Assembly: GCA_010909165.1 (NCBI GenBank)
Contig: MU008156.1
Location: forward strand, 372,001 to 436,000
Length of the DNA stretch: 64,000 bases
Direction of reading: 5' to 3'
From: Anthoceros angustus
Taxonomy: Eukaryota; Plantae; Anthocerotophyta
Of this stretch, positions 38,160 to 52,216 are shown piece by piece. The notes under the pieces were generated by a model, which worked only from the letters and a program-made list of their open reading frames with translations, had not been told where the DNA came from and did no database searches. Numbering within the stretch: position 1 is the first letter of the stretch; each line of letters begins with the position of its first letter. The translations under genes were made by a program, and so were the position numbers.

Positions 38160-39515
38160 ATGCTGCTCTCATAGGTACCTCCCTGCTTTTCAGTTACCAC
38201 CTACACGTCCGCCACATCCACCGCCGCATCCCCCACCCACGGCACTTCCGCCATGCCTCCACACCCTCCGCATCTGGTAGCTCCACATCCGCCACAGCGG
38301 CCAGCCATGTTTCTACAGCCTCCGCAACCTCCAGCTTCACAGCCTCCGCACCCGTCAACCATGCTTCCACATCCTCTAGCTCCGCACCCTCCGCATCCCC
38401 CACAGCCCTGCTTTGGATGGCGTCGTGGGATGGCCTGCCCACCACTGATGCAACTGCATTCTACCGGATGCGAGGTCTTTGGCATGAGCGTACGTGTACT
38501 GGCCACTCGGATCTTCAACTCCTCGTTTAACTGTCTCAGAACCTGCACAGGGCAATGCCAGGAGTGAGAGTGAGGCTGAGCATTGCAGCAGGAATGGATG
38601 CAATGGAATGTTCCACATGGTGAACTGCATCTGTATCTGTACCCAGTGGTTGCCTGCAGAGCATTTCCGCCAGCTTGGGAGTTGAAGCCGGTCTGCAAAC
38701 ACCTCCCCGAGTGATGGTCCGATGGCTGAGGAGGGAAGCAGTATCAGGGTCACGTTCTCATCGGCTGGACCTGTAAACACCATGCTGCATCAAAGTGTCT
38801 ATCAGTGCTGCAAGATATCACAAAGATCTGACAAACATAATCAAGCTGGGTGCAACAACATCCTACCTCCATGGTTCCAAACTTCCAGTTGGGCAAGGCC
38901 GTGGCTTGTCTACTAGGATGAGTACCTGCCTGGTGACAAGATTCCATGCAGTTCTGTGATGCTTAGCCAGGGATCCCACTTTCACAATTGAAAGCAGAGA
39001 TGCCCACATCCACCCAGGAGATAATTTTGACTTACCGGGGTGCCACTCGTTTAACTCCACTGGAGCGCAGGGACGATGGGATCATCTGGGCCGATCATTA
39101 CAGACTCCAATCGTTAAGGTGCCGTATTCACCTCGAAGTAAGGACCAACAGTTTTCTAGCTGTTTCTGCTGAGCTGAAACGCGTTGGTTCGCAGCCAAAC
39201 CTTCAATTCTTCCTAGAAAGCACAGTATGAGAGGGGTTAGCCTGGCCCTTCACCCTTAAAATCTCGACACATGAATATATGTGCAAACCACTTGCCATCC
39301 TGCATTCTTGGAATGCTTGCAGTACAAGCACGAACCTGCAGCTTCTGTTTGCTCAATGGAGCACCTTCCCTGCTCCGCGTAGATCACTTTCTCAACATCA
39401 TCCACAGCCTTACATGTGCGTCTGGAGGCAACCCCTGCTGCAGTTCTGAGGTACCAAGCTCCAAGAGTCAGTGGCTAACTGTATGGATGCAAAATCATAT
39501 CGCTGTTTCTAAGGA
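38160..39515 (-). pseudogene. Partial copy of the GRDP gene (3' exons)
   Basis: Co-linear with ~41950-43530, including introns. It has a frameshift in the QLENCWSL exon and lacks the LQYEVK...IRFT segment. The Gly/Cys-rich tail is retained. Confidence 0.85.
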
Positions 39516-39827
39516 GGGGAGGAAACCTCATTTGTTGCTGGGGGCTGCTGCTCTGTCCATACCATCTGGGCAAGCCTAACAGCAACATTGCCACCGGCAC
39601 TTCAGGCCACACCAGGTGCCATCGTCAAAATCATCGTCGAGGACTTGAAACAGGGCTTGCGCGCCTGCCTGGCGAAAGTGGCCTAACCCTATTTTCTGCG
39701 AGTTACACCAACTTAAGCCCCAGTTTCCGGCGTGGAAGCTTCCCAAGCAGCTTGGCGCAAAACACGGCATTCTGCAACGGTTGAGTCCAGTCGAGTCCAG
39801 CTGCACAGATCCGAGGTGGTGCCGAAG

Positions 39828-41281
39828 ATGGCACAAGCCGATACGCCAAGGAACCTTCAGTGCCGGTATGGATGTCAGAGGCTTTTTCGTTGCCAGGAAG
39901 ACATGGAGGATCATCGGCGGATAAGCCACGCCACACCACGTAAGCTGATTGCCCTGAGCTGGTCCTGGAGATGTTACTGCTACTGGTTCCTCAGGGACAT
40001 GCACCTACAAATGCTTGATTTTGGTCTGAAGCCTCGGGTGGAAGAAATCAGTATGTCGGAAACAGCGACGATGTCGCCCACAAGACCTAATTAGAGAACC
40101 AGAAGGGACGCCGTAGGTAGGAAGTAGGACTGGTGTGAATACAATCCTTTGATCAGTAGCGATGCTGAACTGACGCTTCTGATGAATGCTGCAGAAGCAA
40201 GCGGAAGGGTAGCTGTCGAAGTCTTGCCAAGTCGAGCTCGTCCTCAGCAGGATGCTCGTCCCCAGGAGGTTGCTCGCCGTCAGCACGATGCTGTGGTCAG
40301 ATCCGTTAAGTCGGTCGGTTGCAACGACTGTCGAAGACGCTTTGCAGACCATGGGGCGCTGCTGCAGCACCAGCTTGCTGCACCTCCTGGTTCGCACACG
40401 CTGCTCGGGAGAGCACCGCACTCCCGATGCTGTCAGAAGTGTCCCCGTGAGAATTTTGGTACAATTGAGGCCTTGGAGCACCACCATGCTACTTGCCACG
40501 CAGGTATGGAACCAGTTCGGTTTTCTCGTGCAAACGTGCAAACGGGATTCCACTCAATGCGGCTTTCCATTTCAAGCTGAAAATCTCGTCCTCTTCACCC
40601 CTTCACTCGTCTGTCGCAGTGGAAGAGTTTTCGCAAGGGCAAGGAAACCCAGAACGTCGAGAGATGGAAGTCCACTTTCACAGGAAATGGCTGCACGACG
40701 GTGTAGGGAGGCCCGTCATTCTCTCCGTCCTCAAAATTTACAACCTCTCAAGACGGATACACAAATTCGAGACGTACCGGGTGGAGGTAAAGGTGAGGGC
40801 CAATGAACGTCCCGGCCCAAGGGACGACAAATCCATAGAGGACGGGAACGAGGTGCGCCGATTTCACGGCACAGCTGTGTACTGCAACATTGGCAGCATG
40901 TCCAACACTCGAGTCTGCAGCGAGGCACGGTGCAGTCTCTGCAACATTATCCGAAACGGGTTCCTGTTGAAGAAGGTGAGGAGGGAGGCCTTTCAGAGAT
41001 TCGGACCGGGAATCTACACTACTGCTACGAGCAGCAAAGCTCATGCGTACGTCAGAGCGGAGCATGGATTGGGGCCAACTAGGAAGGCCTTGATTGTCTG
41101 CAAGGTGATCGCGGGAAGGGTTTTCAAAGCGCAGGAGAACATACAGGGCCTGACAATGCCTCCACCCGGCTTCGATTCTGTGGTTGGAGAGCCAGGGAAG
41201 GATCTCAAATACGACGAGCTCGTTGTGTATGACCCCAGAGCTATCTCACCGCGAGGTATCGTGATCTACGAGTGCCGTTGA
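39828..41281 (+). CDS. Protein with three C2H2-type zinc fingers and a PARP-like ADP-ribosyltransferase domain, ~360 aa, 3 exons
   Basis: Exons 39828-39939, 40195-40503 and 40620-41281, with both GT-AG introns in phase 1 and compatible. Fingers CRYGC...HRRISH, CNDC...HQLAAPPGSH and CQKC...HHHATCH. ART motifs GNEVRRFHGT, RFGPGIY, VCKVIAG, GFDSV and YDELVVY. Exon 1 is less certain than exons 2-3. Confidence 0.85.
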
Positions 41282-41477
41282 GGCTGCTGGCACTATTGTG
41301 TCCTGATTCACGAATTGACATCATTTACATTTTCATACTTAATTCTCGATAGTCCTATTTTCTAGTCATAGGTACTCTTCAAGATGTTCCTCCTCTGTCA
41401 TCCGCATCTTCACCCAAACGATTTAGCCCACCCAAACGAGAATGCAGTTTTTGTGGTTTACAAACTGAACAAAAACG

Positions 41478-41735
41478 GCTTAGAAGTGGATTGGTTCATC
41501 AAAAACAGCCATGGCAGCCTCTTGAGAGCTTCATTGACAGTAGGATGAGCATGACATAATCTCGCCATACCCTCACTGGGTATCCCATACTCTACGACAA
41601 CACATGCTTCATGAATAATGTCTCCGGCACTTGGTGCCACAATGTGCCCTCCCAGCACCGTGTCTCTGGTTTCGTCAGCAATTATCTTGACGAGTCCATC
41701 AGCATCAGCAAAGGATCTGGCCCTGCTGTTAGGCA
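41478..41735 (-). pseudogene. 3' fragment of a duplicated LPD gene
   Basis: NSRARSFADADGLVKIIAD...CHAHPTVNEA matches the LPD C-terminus at 35170-35425, with a frameshift near the end. Confidence 0.9.
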
Positions 41736-42081
41736 TTTCCTCTCAACGTCGTATGCGGCTTACGAGCTGCAGCTAGAGCTGCGAGATCTACACCAATTGC
41801 GTGGCTGCGTAGTGCTTTCCCTTAGGAAGTAGGGAATAGCCAAAGGTGATAAAAGAGCAACCTCGTTGCACAACATGGTGATATTGTGTTGGCCTTGTAA
41901 CATAGCCTAGTTCTCTGTCTGGACCATGTCCATATATGTACAGGACATTGCGTGCTGTCTACAATGTGAAGGAAGAGTGGCATAGGTTTTATGAACTTGC
42001 AATGCTGCTCTTATAGGTAGAGTGGAAGCTGCTAGTAAACGGTGCTGCAGTATGCCACCAGCTGATAAAAATCCTTGCTCG

Positions 42082-45000
42082 TCAGTGACCACCCCCACCC
42101 ACACGTCCGCCACACCCGCCGCATCCTCCACCACAGCCACTTCCGCAGCCAGCAGCCAAGCCTCCACACCCTCCGCATCCGGTAGCTCCACACCCTCCAC
42201 AACCACCACACCCGCTACCCATGCTCCCACAGCCTCCGCATCCCCCAGCTCCACACCCTCCGCAGCCTCCGCACCCGCCAACCATGCTTCCACATCCTCC
42301 AGCTCCACACCCTCCGCATCCCCCACAGCCCCCTGCTTTGGATGGCGTCGTGGGATGGCCTGCCCACCACTGATGCAACTGCATTCTACCGAATGCAGCA
42401 TCTTTTGCATGTGCGTACGTGTACTGGCCTCTGGGATCCCGAATTCCTCGTTTAACAGTCACAGCTCCTGCACAGGGCAAGGGCAGGAGTGAGAGTGACG
42501 CTGAGCATTGCAGTTTGCAGCAGGCATGGAGTGAAATGGAATGTTCCACATGGTGAACTGCATCTGTATCTGTACCCCAGTGGTTGTCTGCAGAGCTTTC
42601 CCGCCAGCTTGGGAGTTGAAGCCGGTCCGCAAACATCTCCCGGAGTGATGTTCCGATGGCTGAGGAGATTAGCAGGATCAGAGCCACGTCCTCACCGGGC
42701 TGCACCTGTAAACGCCATGGCGCATCAAAGTGTCTATCAGTGCCGCAATATGTCACAAATATCCGACAAATATGATCAAGCTGTGTGCAACAACATTCTA
42801 CCTCCATGGTTCCAAACTTCCAGTTGAGCAAGCCTGTGGCTTGTCCGTTAGGATGAGTAGCCGTGAAGCGAATGACTGTAACAAAGCCTTCTTCATGTGA
42901 GGCCTTAGCACCCTTTACCTCGTACTGGAGCTTCCTGCCTGGTGCCAAGATTGCCTGCCGTGCTGTGATGCTTAGCCAAGGATCCCACGTTCACCATTGA
43001 AAGCAAGATGCCCACACCCACCCAGGAGATGATTTTGGCTTACCGGGGTGCCACTCGTTTCAGTCCACTGGAGCACAGGGACGATGGGATCATGTGGGCC
43101 GATATTAGCGACTCCAATTGTTAAGATGCCTTTTTCACTTCCAACTAAAGACCAACAGTTTTCTAGCTGTTTCTGCTGAGCTGAAACGCGTTGGTTCTCA
43201 GCAAAACCTACAATCCTTCCTAGAAAGCACAGTATGAGAGAGGGTTAGCCGGGTCCTCCATCCTTAAAATCTCGACACATGAATATATGTGCAAACTACT
43301 TGCCAGCCTGCATTCTTGAAATGGTTATGGTAGACGCACGAACCTGCAGCTTGTGTTTGCTCATTTGAGCAACTCCCCTGCTCCACATAGATAACTTTAT
43401 CGACATCATCTACATCCTTGGATGTGGGTCTGGAGGCAACCCCGGCTGCAGTTCTGAGGTACCAAGCTCCAAGAGTCAGTGGCTAACTGTATGGATACAA
43501 AATCATATCGCTGACTCTAAGGAGGGGAAGTTTACCTCACGAGGTATGCCTCGTTCTGCACATGATCCACCACTTTGCTGCACTGCCAAGATGTTCCTTC
43601 AGGAGCTTTGCATCCTGGGTAGCGCACAACCGTATTGCTATGTTTGAAGGGCTCGCTTCGAAGTAAATATGGTCCTTCTGTCCATGGAGTCACAGACACA
43701 GACAGCTGCAGAGCAGGTGGCTTGGAGTCTGGATCACATGTGGAGTGTAAAAGGGGGAAGAATTGATCAAGTGACAGGGTTGTAGAAGCCAGTAAAGTCT
43801 TCCACAGAACCTGTACACTTCCCAAAAGCTTGGAGCTTTTGACGTTCTTAAGAGTGCCAGTCGTGGTCTGACGGAGCTCGAACAGCAGGCCCTCCGTGGC
43901 AGTTTCACATTCCAGTGTCCATACATGCCTCCATGTGGGGACTGTAGAAGCCGCCACTTTGGGAGTCTCGAACTTGAAGTCTTTACAGCTCTTCAGCACC
44001 TTCAGCCTCACAAAGAGCTTGGACTCAGAGCTCTCATTGAATGGAACATTCTTCGCTCCCAAAACAGCCACATATGCCTGAAGGACATAACAAGAATCTG
44101 TGATGAGTCTCCTGTCATTTTCTAAAGAGGACAGTTCCTGACCTGCTGAAGGATTGAAGAACTACCTCCAGCAAACCCCGTGCAGTCAAATGCGATTGCA
44201 GGGTAAGGCAGTCTGCACCACCCTTTGGGTACCCAACCAGAAGAGGCGGAGGACCTGGCACAGGAGTTGGTGCCTCCCCTCGATATTGCACCCCTGCCCT
44301 GAAATACTCAGACCCATATATCCTTCCCCACAGCTCACAGGTGGCTGAGAATCCGGTATCCAGCTTCTGGCCAGGACTTCGGTCACCGTCAGTGTCGTCG
44401 TGGTTGAAGATCTTCCCAACGAGCTTTCTTGTGTCAGACTGATAAGCTGCAGGGCTCAGCTGGTGGGCATGCCAGAAGAGGTCGATATCGTAGGTTGGCA
44501 CAAGGAATACCTCATCTTCCAGCTTGCCAGAATACCTGACGCGAGCCAGATGTAGAAAAGCTTTGTATCGAATCAAGGCTACTTGCAGGAAGCTGAGTTC
44601 TGACATGTGGGGCCGTGACACCTTCAATGAGCCATACCTCACTGGTTAGCTTCATCGTGAAACATCGTTGTGGACAGAAAAAGCAGACCAGTTGGATACC
44701 TGGTAGAAGAACGACCTCTGTCTGGCCACCGCATCAGCCAGATTGTACCTAAGTGGCCCTGGCCTTCGACTGCGTGAATCATCCACAATCTCTGGCTTCT
44801 CCCCCACAGCACCACTGTCGTTGCCGAAAGCAGTAAGGTCAAGAACAAACGGCTCATCAGCATACCGTTCACTCCACAATTCCTCGGTTCTTTGACTGGC
44901 CAGATTACGATTGCGGCCAGAGAGGATAGGGGCATCAATGGTCTTCCCGTACACAGCTCTGCAGTACTTGGCATATTGTACCTGCCCAACGATGAGCTCA

Positions 45001-45412
45001 ACTTAGAAACGCAAGTGTACTGCATTCCAGACACGTTCTACTCAATTGACCACAACTTACTGGGCTGAGCCGATGGCAATGCCAAATCCAACCACAATCC
45101 AGAGGAGGAACCAGATTCTCCTCAGATTCTGCGGCCAAAGGAAGCCAGCATGTCTTGTATCTGCCAACACAGATGCTTTGTCAATACCAAATGTGGGGAA
45201 CCTCTTGGTTCTCAGTGACGGTCAAGACTGAATTATGAACACCTCTTAATTGCTCGACTGATGGCTTGGCTGTTCCAGCTGAGACAAGGATTTCGTTCCA
45301 CCTCCGACAGAAAGGCAATCTGCGCCTTGGCAGCTTCAATCAAATCCACACTCAGGTTGATGCTCTGTGCCGAACGCCATTCCATCTCCCCGGAGCTCAG
45401 ATAGCCGGCCAT
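42082..45412 (-). CDS. GRDP: Glycine-rich domain-containing protein (DUF1399; GRDP1/2-like), multi-exon
   Basis: EWRSAQSINLSVDLIEAAKAQIAFL, CWLPL...LVPPLDCGWIWHCHRLSP, VPTYDIDLFWHAHQL, HDDTDGDRSPGQKLDTGF, PGRKLQY, and a C-terminal GGCG repeat tail. Confidence 0.92.
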
Positions 45413-46653
45413 GGCAGAGATTTCCGCTCTCAGCTTTGCCTCCAACTGACACCCAATCAGGGTGAGGAGAGAGTCTTTTTGGTACCCTGCATCAGACCTG
45501 TATTCAACAATCCAGAGGGAAGACCCCTTCCTGAGCCGAGCACCAAGCAGACTTGCCTTGAACAGATCTGAGCTCAGAAGCTGAACGGGAGAGAGCTTTT
45601 GCACAGATATTGTTTTGACAAACTGGTAGTACCGGCCAGGTACTGCACGTACTACCAGTCGTAGCTCAATAATACTGTAGTATCCTCGTCATGTACTACC
45701 AGAGAAGCTTTTTGTCCAGGGCCCTGCAGCTTAATCTCCTACATATATCAAATGGCCAACAGACCTCAAACCACGGTAACAATACCGTCTGTCTAAATCT
45801 TCACAATAGACACCCACCTAAACGTTTACAGGAGGAAAGTGTATGTTCTGGCCTTGCTGGAACAGTCGGTGCTTTCCATGTATCAGACCAGCCTAGCTGG
45901 TTACGTCCTGCAGAGGAAAAACCCACAAATATGAAGAAGAAGAAGAATTTTATTTAAGTCCACTAAGGACGGATTTCCGTCATGGGATCTGGTATGAACC
46001 ATGGGCTACATGACACACCAAATTCAGCTATACTTCAGGACCTTGTCCGAAGCTTTGGGGGGCCAGTGCTTCCTTCGACACCCCCTTCGCAAGTTCGTTT
46101 TCACTACAGACACCATCGTGTCCGTGTTGTGTTCCTTCAAGATTCTGAGATAACGGTGCCGGCCAATCTGTATGTGGTATGCATGGTGGTCGGTTACATC
46201 TCATGGTGCACTTACTCTTACTGGGTGCTACGCAGCTGGAAAGTCGACTCTTCCTGAACAGCAGCTGCAGACAAGCATTTCCACAGACATGAGCTGTTCG
46301 AAAGGAGCGGCTTGCAACAGTACTTCGACGATGAAGTCGAGGCTGAACCTCTTCACAAGACAAGGATGGCACTCGTCATGAAGCAGCGAACCTGGTTGAA
46401 CCCATAGGCCAGGTGATGGATACCCCACCCCGTTTTTGTCAATGAGTCTACTTCTTCCTGAAATCCTACACGAAACATCTCGTGGCTTCCGACATCTCGG
46501 CCTGGCCCGTCAGAGCACGCTTCAAATTTATAAGCCCCGCGCCTGTCACTCGGTTCCGAAGTTTGAAGTCCCGTTCGGTGTCCGACCGGGACAGGAAAAA
46601 GCTTACGCTTGCAACCCTGAACTGATTTTCTACCTTCGCTCACAGCGCGCGCT

Positions 46654-49379
<2,726 letters not shown>

Positions 49380-50567
49380 TTTGCTCCCGAATCAGCCCAT
49401 CTGTAAGCTGATGTACATGCCCTAGTTTTTGTTGATACGAGCGTGAAGCCTTGACGTGTTCGGCCAGCTTGCAGTAGGTAATGCTCGTGCTCGCCAAGGG
49501 TGCTATTATATTTCGATATTACCAGTCAGACGTGGTGAGACGTCGGTGAACCACACCGGATATCATACGTCCTCACATTCGCACACGTCTTGTCTAGCAT
49601 TACCAAAAGACACGAGCTTCACACCAAGTGTTCAGTAGGATTTACAGCTCTGCTCTCGGCATCCTGGGATATCGATGGTGCATAACAAACTCAACAGGAG
49701 GATCGACATGAAGGTAAACCCTGGCAAGGGCAAGCTTTTGCTACGTACCTCACCATTGCAATACAAGAAGCGGGGACGCCGCTGAATGAGGTAGTATCAA
49801 GCGGACACAACGGATCAAAAATGATGGAACGACCCGTGACAGAACAAGGGGTAGGAGGAAGACGAACTTGTACGTAGGAAGGAGAGATGGCGGAAGAGGA
49901 GTTGTACAAAGGAGAGGGGCTAGGATGCTGGTTGCTTTCATGGCTTCAATACGTATTTTATTAGCCAGAGCAGATTACTTTCTGCTCTTTCACCGTCAGA
50001 GTCAACAACAGTCCGAGTCAGTGGTATACGCAGTCAGTATGCTTCATCCAGTCCTACATTAGCATCCTATGCGTCCATGGCGGACTTCCAACGCCTTCCA
50101 AGCTACATAAGCTGGAAAGTTAGTCAGTGTACACACAAAATTTCCATCAGTCGCACGGTTAGAGCAAGTTTCAACGTCCCTGGGTCCCGTCATATGCAGA
50201 GGTTTCCTTTCCCAATATCTGGCCTTCAGCCTGATGAGACTACCAGTAGTCTGGTTGGAATCAAGTGGAAAGAGGGAATGAGTTTGTTCCTGCTGGGACT
50301 CTCAGGGAGGAACGGACAAGAAGGGCAACATACCACATGATTTTCCTCCACCTCCGGCCCTCGCGCAACAGGCTTCTTTGTCCTCCTCATGCCTGGTCTG
50401 TGGCCCCAGAAATAAATACCATGTTGGCAATATGGTAGAATACAAGGTGGGGGATGCTGATGCACCTTTCACCATAATTTACATGACCACAGACCCGGCC
50501 CCCCTCCCCATCCATGCGCAGGCAGGCCCATGTGCAGGCAGGCAAGAGAGCAAGAGAGAGCAGCAGT

Positions 50568-51662
50568 TCAAAACAGCGTGTCATTCACAAGCTTCCTCTT
50601 GCACGGAACCTTCTCCTCCGGCTGCTTCTGCAAGTCCATGAACTCTGCACCTTTGTTGGCGAACAGGCGGCGCAGGTTGATGACCGACAGCTCCGTGAAG
50701 CTCCCTACCGTGATGTCCGCCTGCTTGAGCTCGTAGGCGGGGTGGGAACCGATGAGGGCCACGGCCTTCATGCTGCAGTTGTGGGCGGCAGCGATTCCTC
50801 TAGGATCGTCCTCGAAAACCACGCACTTGCAAGGCGCCCGGTCCAGCTTCACGGCCGCGGACAGAAACCGGTGCGCAATGGACTCCATCCCGTCCTCCTT
50901 GGCCACAACAGACCTGAAATACCGCCTAAGCCCCATCCTGTCCAGAATCGAGATGAGGCTGAGCCGATCCAGGGGAGCGGCCAGCGCGCACGGCACCCCG
51001 GCAGTCCCCAGCGCCTCCAGCCACTCCCGCAGGCCTTCCATGGGCGCCTCCACCCGACCCAGCTCGGCAGCATACAGCTGGGCGAGCCGGGCCGAGAGCC
51101 GCTCCACCTCCTTGGGGCTCCTCCCCCATCGCAGCACCTGCCGGAACACGTACTCTGGGCTGGTCCCGAGAATCTGCCGCCTCAGCACGGCCTTCAGACT
51201 CTCCTGCTGCCCCTCCTCCTGCGCCAGCGCACTCCAAGCCCGCATCTTGAGCGCCTGCGTGTCCGCCACCACGTTGTCCCAGGAGTAGATGAGCCCGAAG
51301 GCCTCGTCTGGGCGCATGGCGTACCGGATCCTCTGCAGCCCGCGCTCCCGCATCCTGTCGTTCAGGAAATCCACGTCCACATGGAGCGGACCCCGGGGCC
51401 GGAAGCTCGCGAATCCCTCCCCGTACTCTCCTCCGATCGCTTCCTCCTCCGAGAACAAACCCGCCACCCGCCGCTGCCGCTGCCGCTGCTCATCACCGCC
51501 GCTGCTCCGGATGCTGAGGCTCCTCCCACTCCCCGCAGCACAAACAGCAACCCAACATCGGGAATCCCCGTTCTGCGCGCCCCCGGGCCCTCTCCGGCAA
51601 ACCCACAACCTGCTCCCGCTGGCGTCCCAGCCGCCGGGCCAGCGCAGCGCCAGGGCTGCCAT
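50568..51662 (-). CDS. Plastid HAD-superfamily hydrolase (riboflavin-pathway PyrP/FHy-related family), intronless
   Basis: Transit-peptide-like N-terminus, YAMRPDEAFGLIYSWDNVVADT, and CVVFEDDPRGIAAAHNCSMKAVAL. An in-frame alternative start exists at 51686. Confidence 0.88.
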   Translation of the reverse strand: MAALALRWPGGWDASGSRLWVCRRGPGGAQNGDSRCWVAVCAAGSGRSLSIRSSGGDEQRQRQRRVAGLFSEEEAIGGEYGEGFASFRPRGPLHVDVDFLNDRMRERGLQRIRYAMRPDEAFGLIYSWDNVVADTQALKMRAWSALAQEEGQQESLKAVLRRQILGTSPEYVFRQVLRWGRSPKEVERLSARLAQLYAAELGRVEAPMEGLREWLEALGTAGVPCALAAPLDRLSLISILDRMGLRRYFRSVVAKEDGMESIAHRFLSAAVKLDRAPCKCVVFEDDPRGIAAAHNCSMKAVALIGSHPAYELKQADITVGSFTELSVINLRRLFANKGAEFMDLQKQPEEKVPCKRKLVNDTLF

Positions 51663-51835
51663 CACCGCATTCCAGACGCTCCGCACCTGCGCGTGTTCAG
51701 GTCACGCCCGGAATGTGGCAGTGGAGCCGGCGTCTCTTGGCGGCCGCGCTTCTTGTAAGCCCGTTGCTTATCCTAACATGCTCTCGCTCCATCGTCACAA
51801 TCCGCACTGCAGCAGCGTCAGATGAAGCGCCGCCT

Positions 51836-51890
51836 TGCCTGCCCCTGCCTCTGCCCCTGCCCCTGCCTCTGCCTCTGCCTCTGCCTGGGC
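51836..51890. repeat. Hexamer microsatellite (CCTGCC/CCTCTG) in the divergent HAD-TFB1 intergenic region
   Basis: About 9 consecutive CCT(G/C)(C/T)(C/G)-type hexamer units. Confidence 0.8.
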
Positions 51891-52216
51891 CCGCATCTGG
51901 AATTTGTACCCGCCCACCTGCCCGGTGCCCACCTTGGCAGTTGCCGTATTGGTTGATTTCCCGGCCGCGGGATAAGATGCGGCCGGAGCCGTGGTCGGGG
52001 CCCGGAGCAGGAGGAGCACGCTGGTGGTTTTGGGTTCTGGGTTGGTGGGTATATATCTGGCAGCAGCGCTGGTTTTGGGGAGTGCCCGAGGAATGAAACC
52101 ATAGCCAGATACCTCCAGGGACGGTGCGCTGCCTACATGGTGCCGGGCAGGGGGGAGGGCAGTTTCAGCGTAGGGTTGCAGCTGGGAGCGAGACAGGCTT
52201 GGTGGGTGGGAGCGCA

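Noticed and set aside
41907-42492. Ala/Glu/Val- and Ser/Thr/Pro-rich ORFs (also at 38147-38567)
   Set aside because: Alternative frames and the opposite strand of the GRDP Gly/Cys repeat tail.
45982-46428. Small gene between GRDP and RECQL1
   Set aside because: Only short ORFs without recognisable motifs. The region is probably UTR or promoter sequence.
50514-51825. Plus-strand ORFs of 414 and 178 aa
   Set aside because: Antisense shadows of the GC-rich HAD gene.
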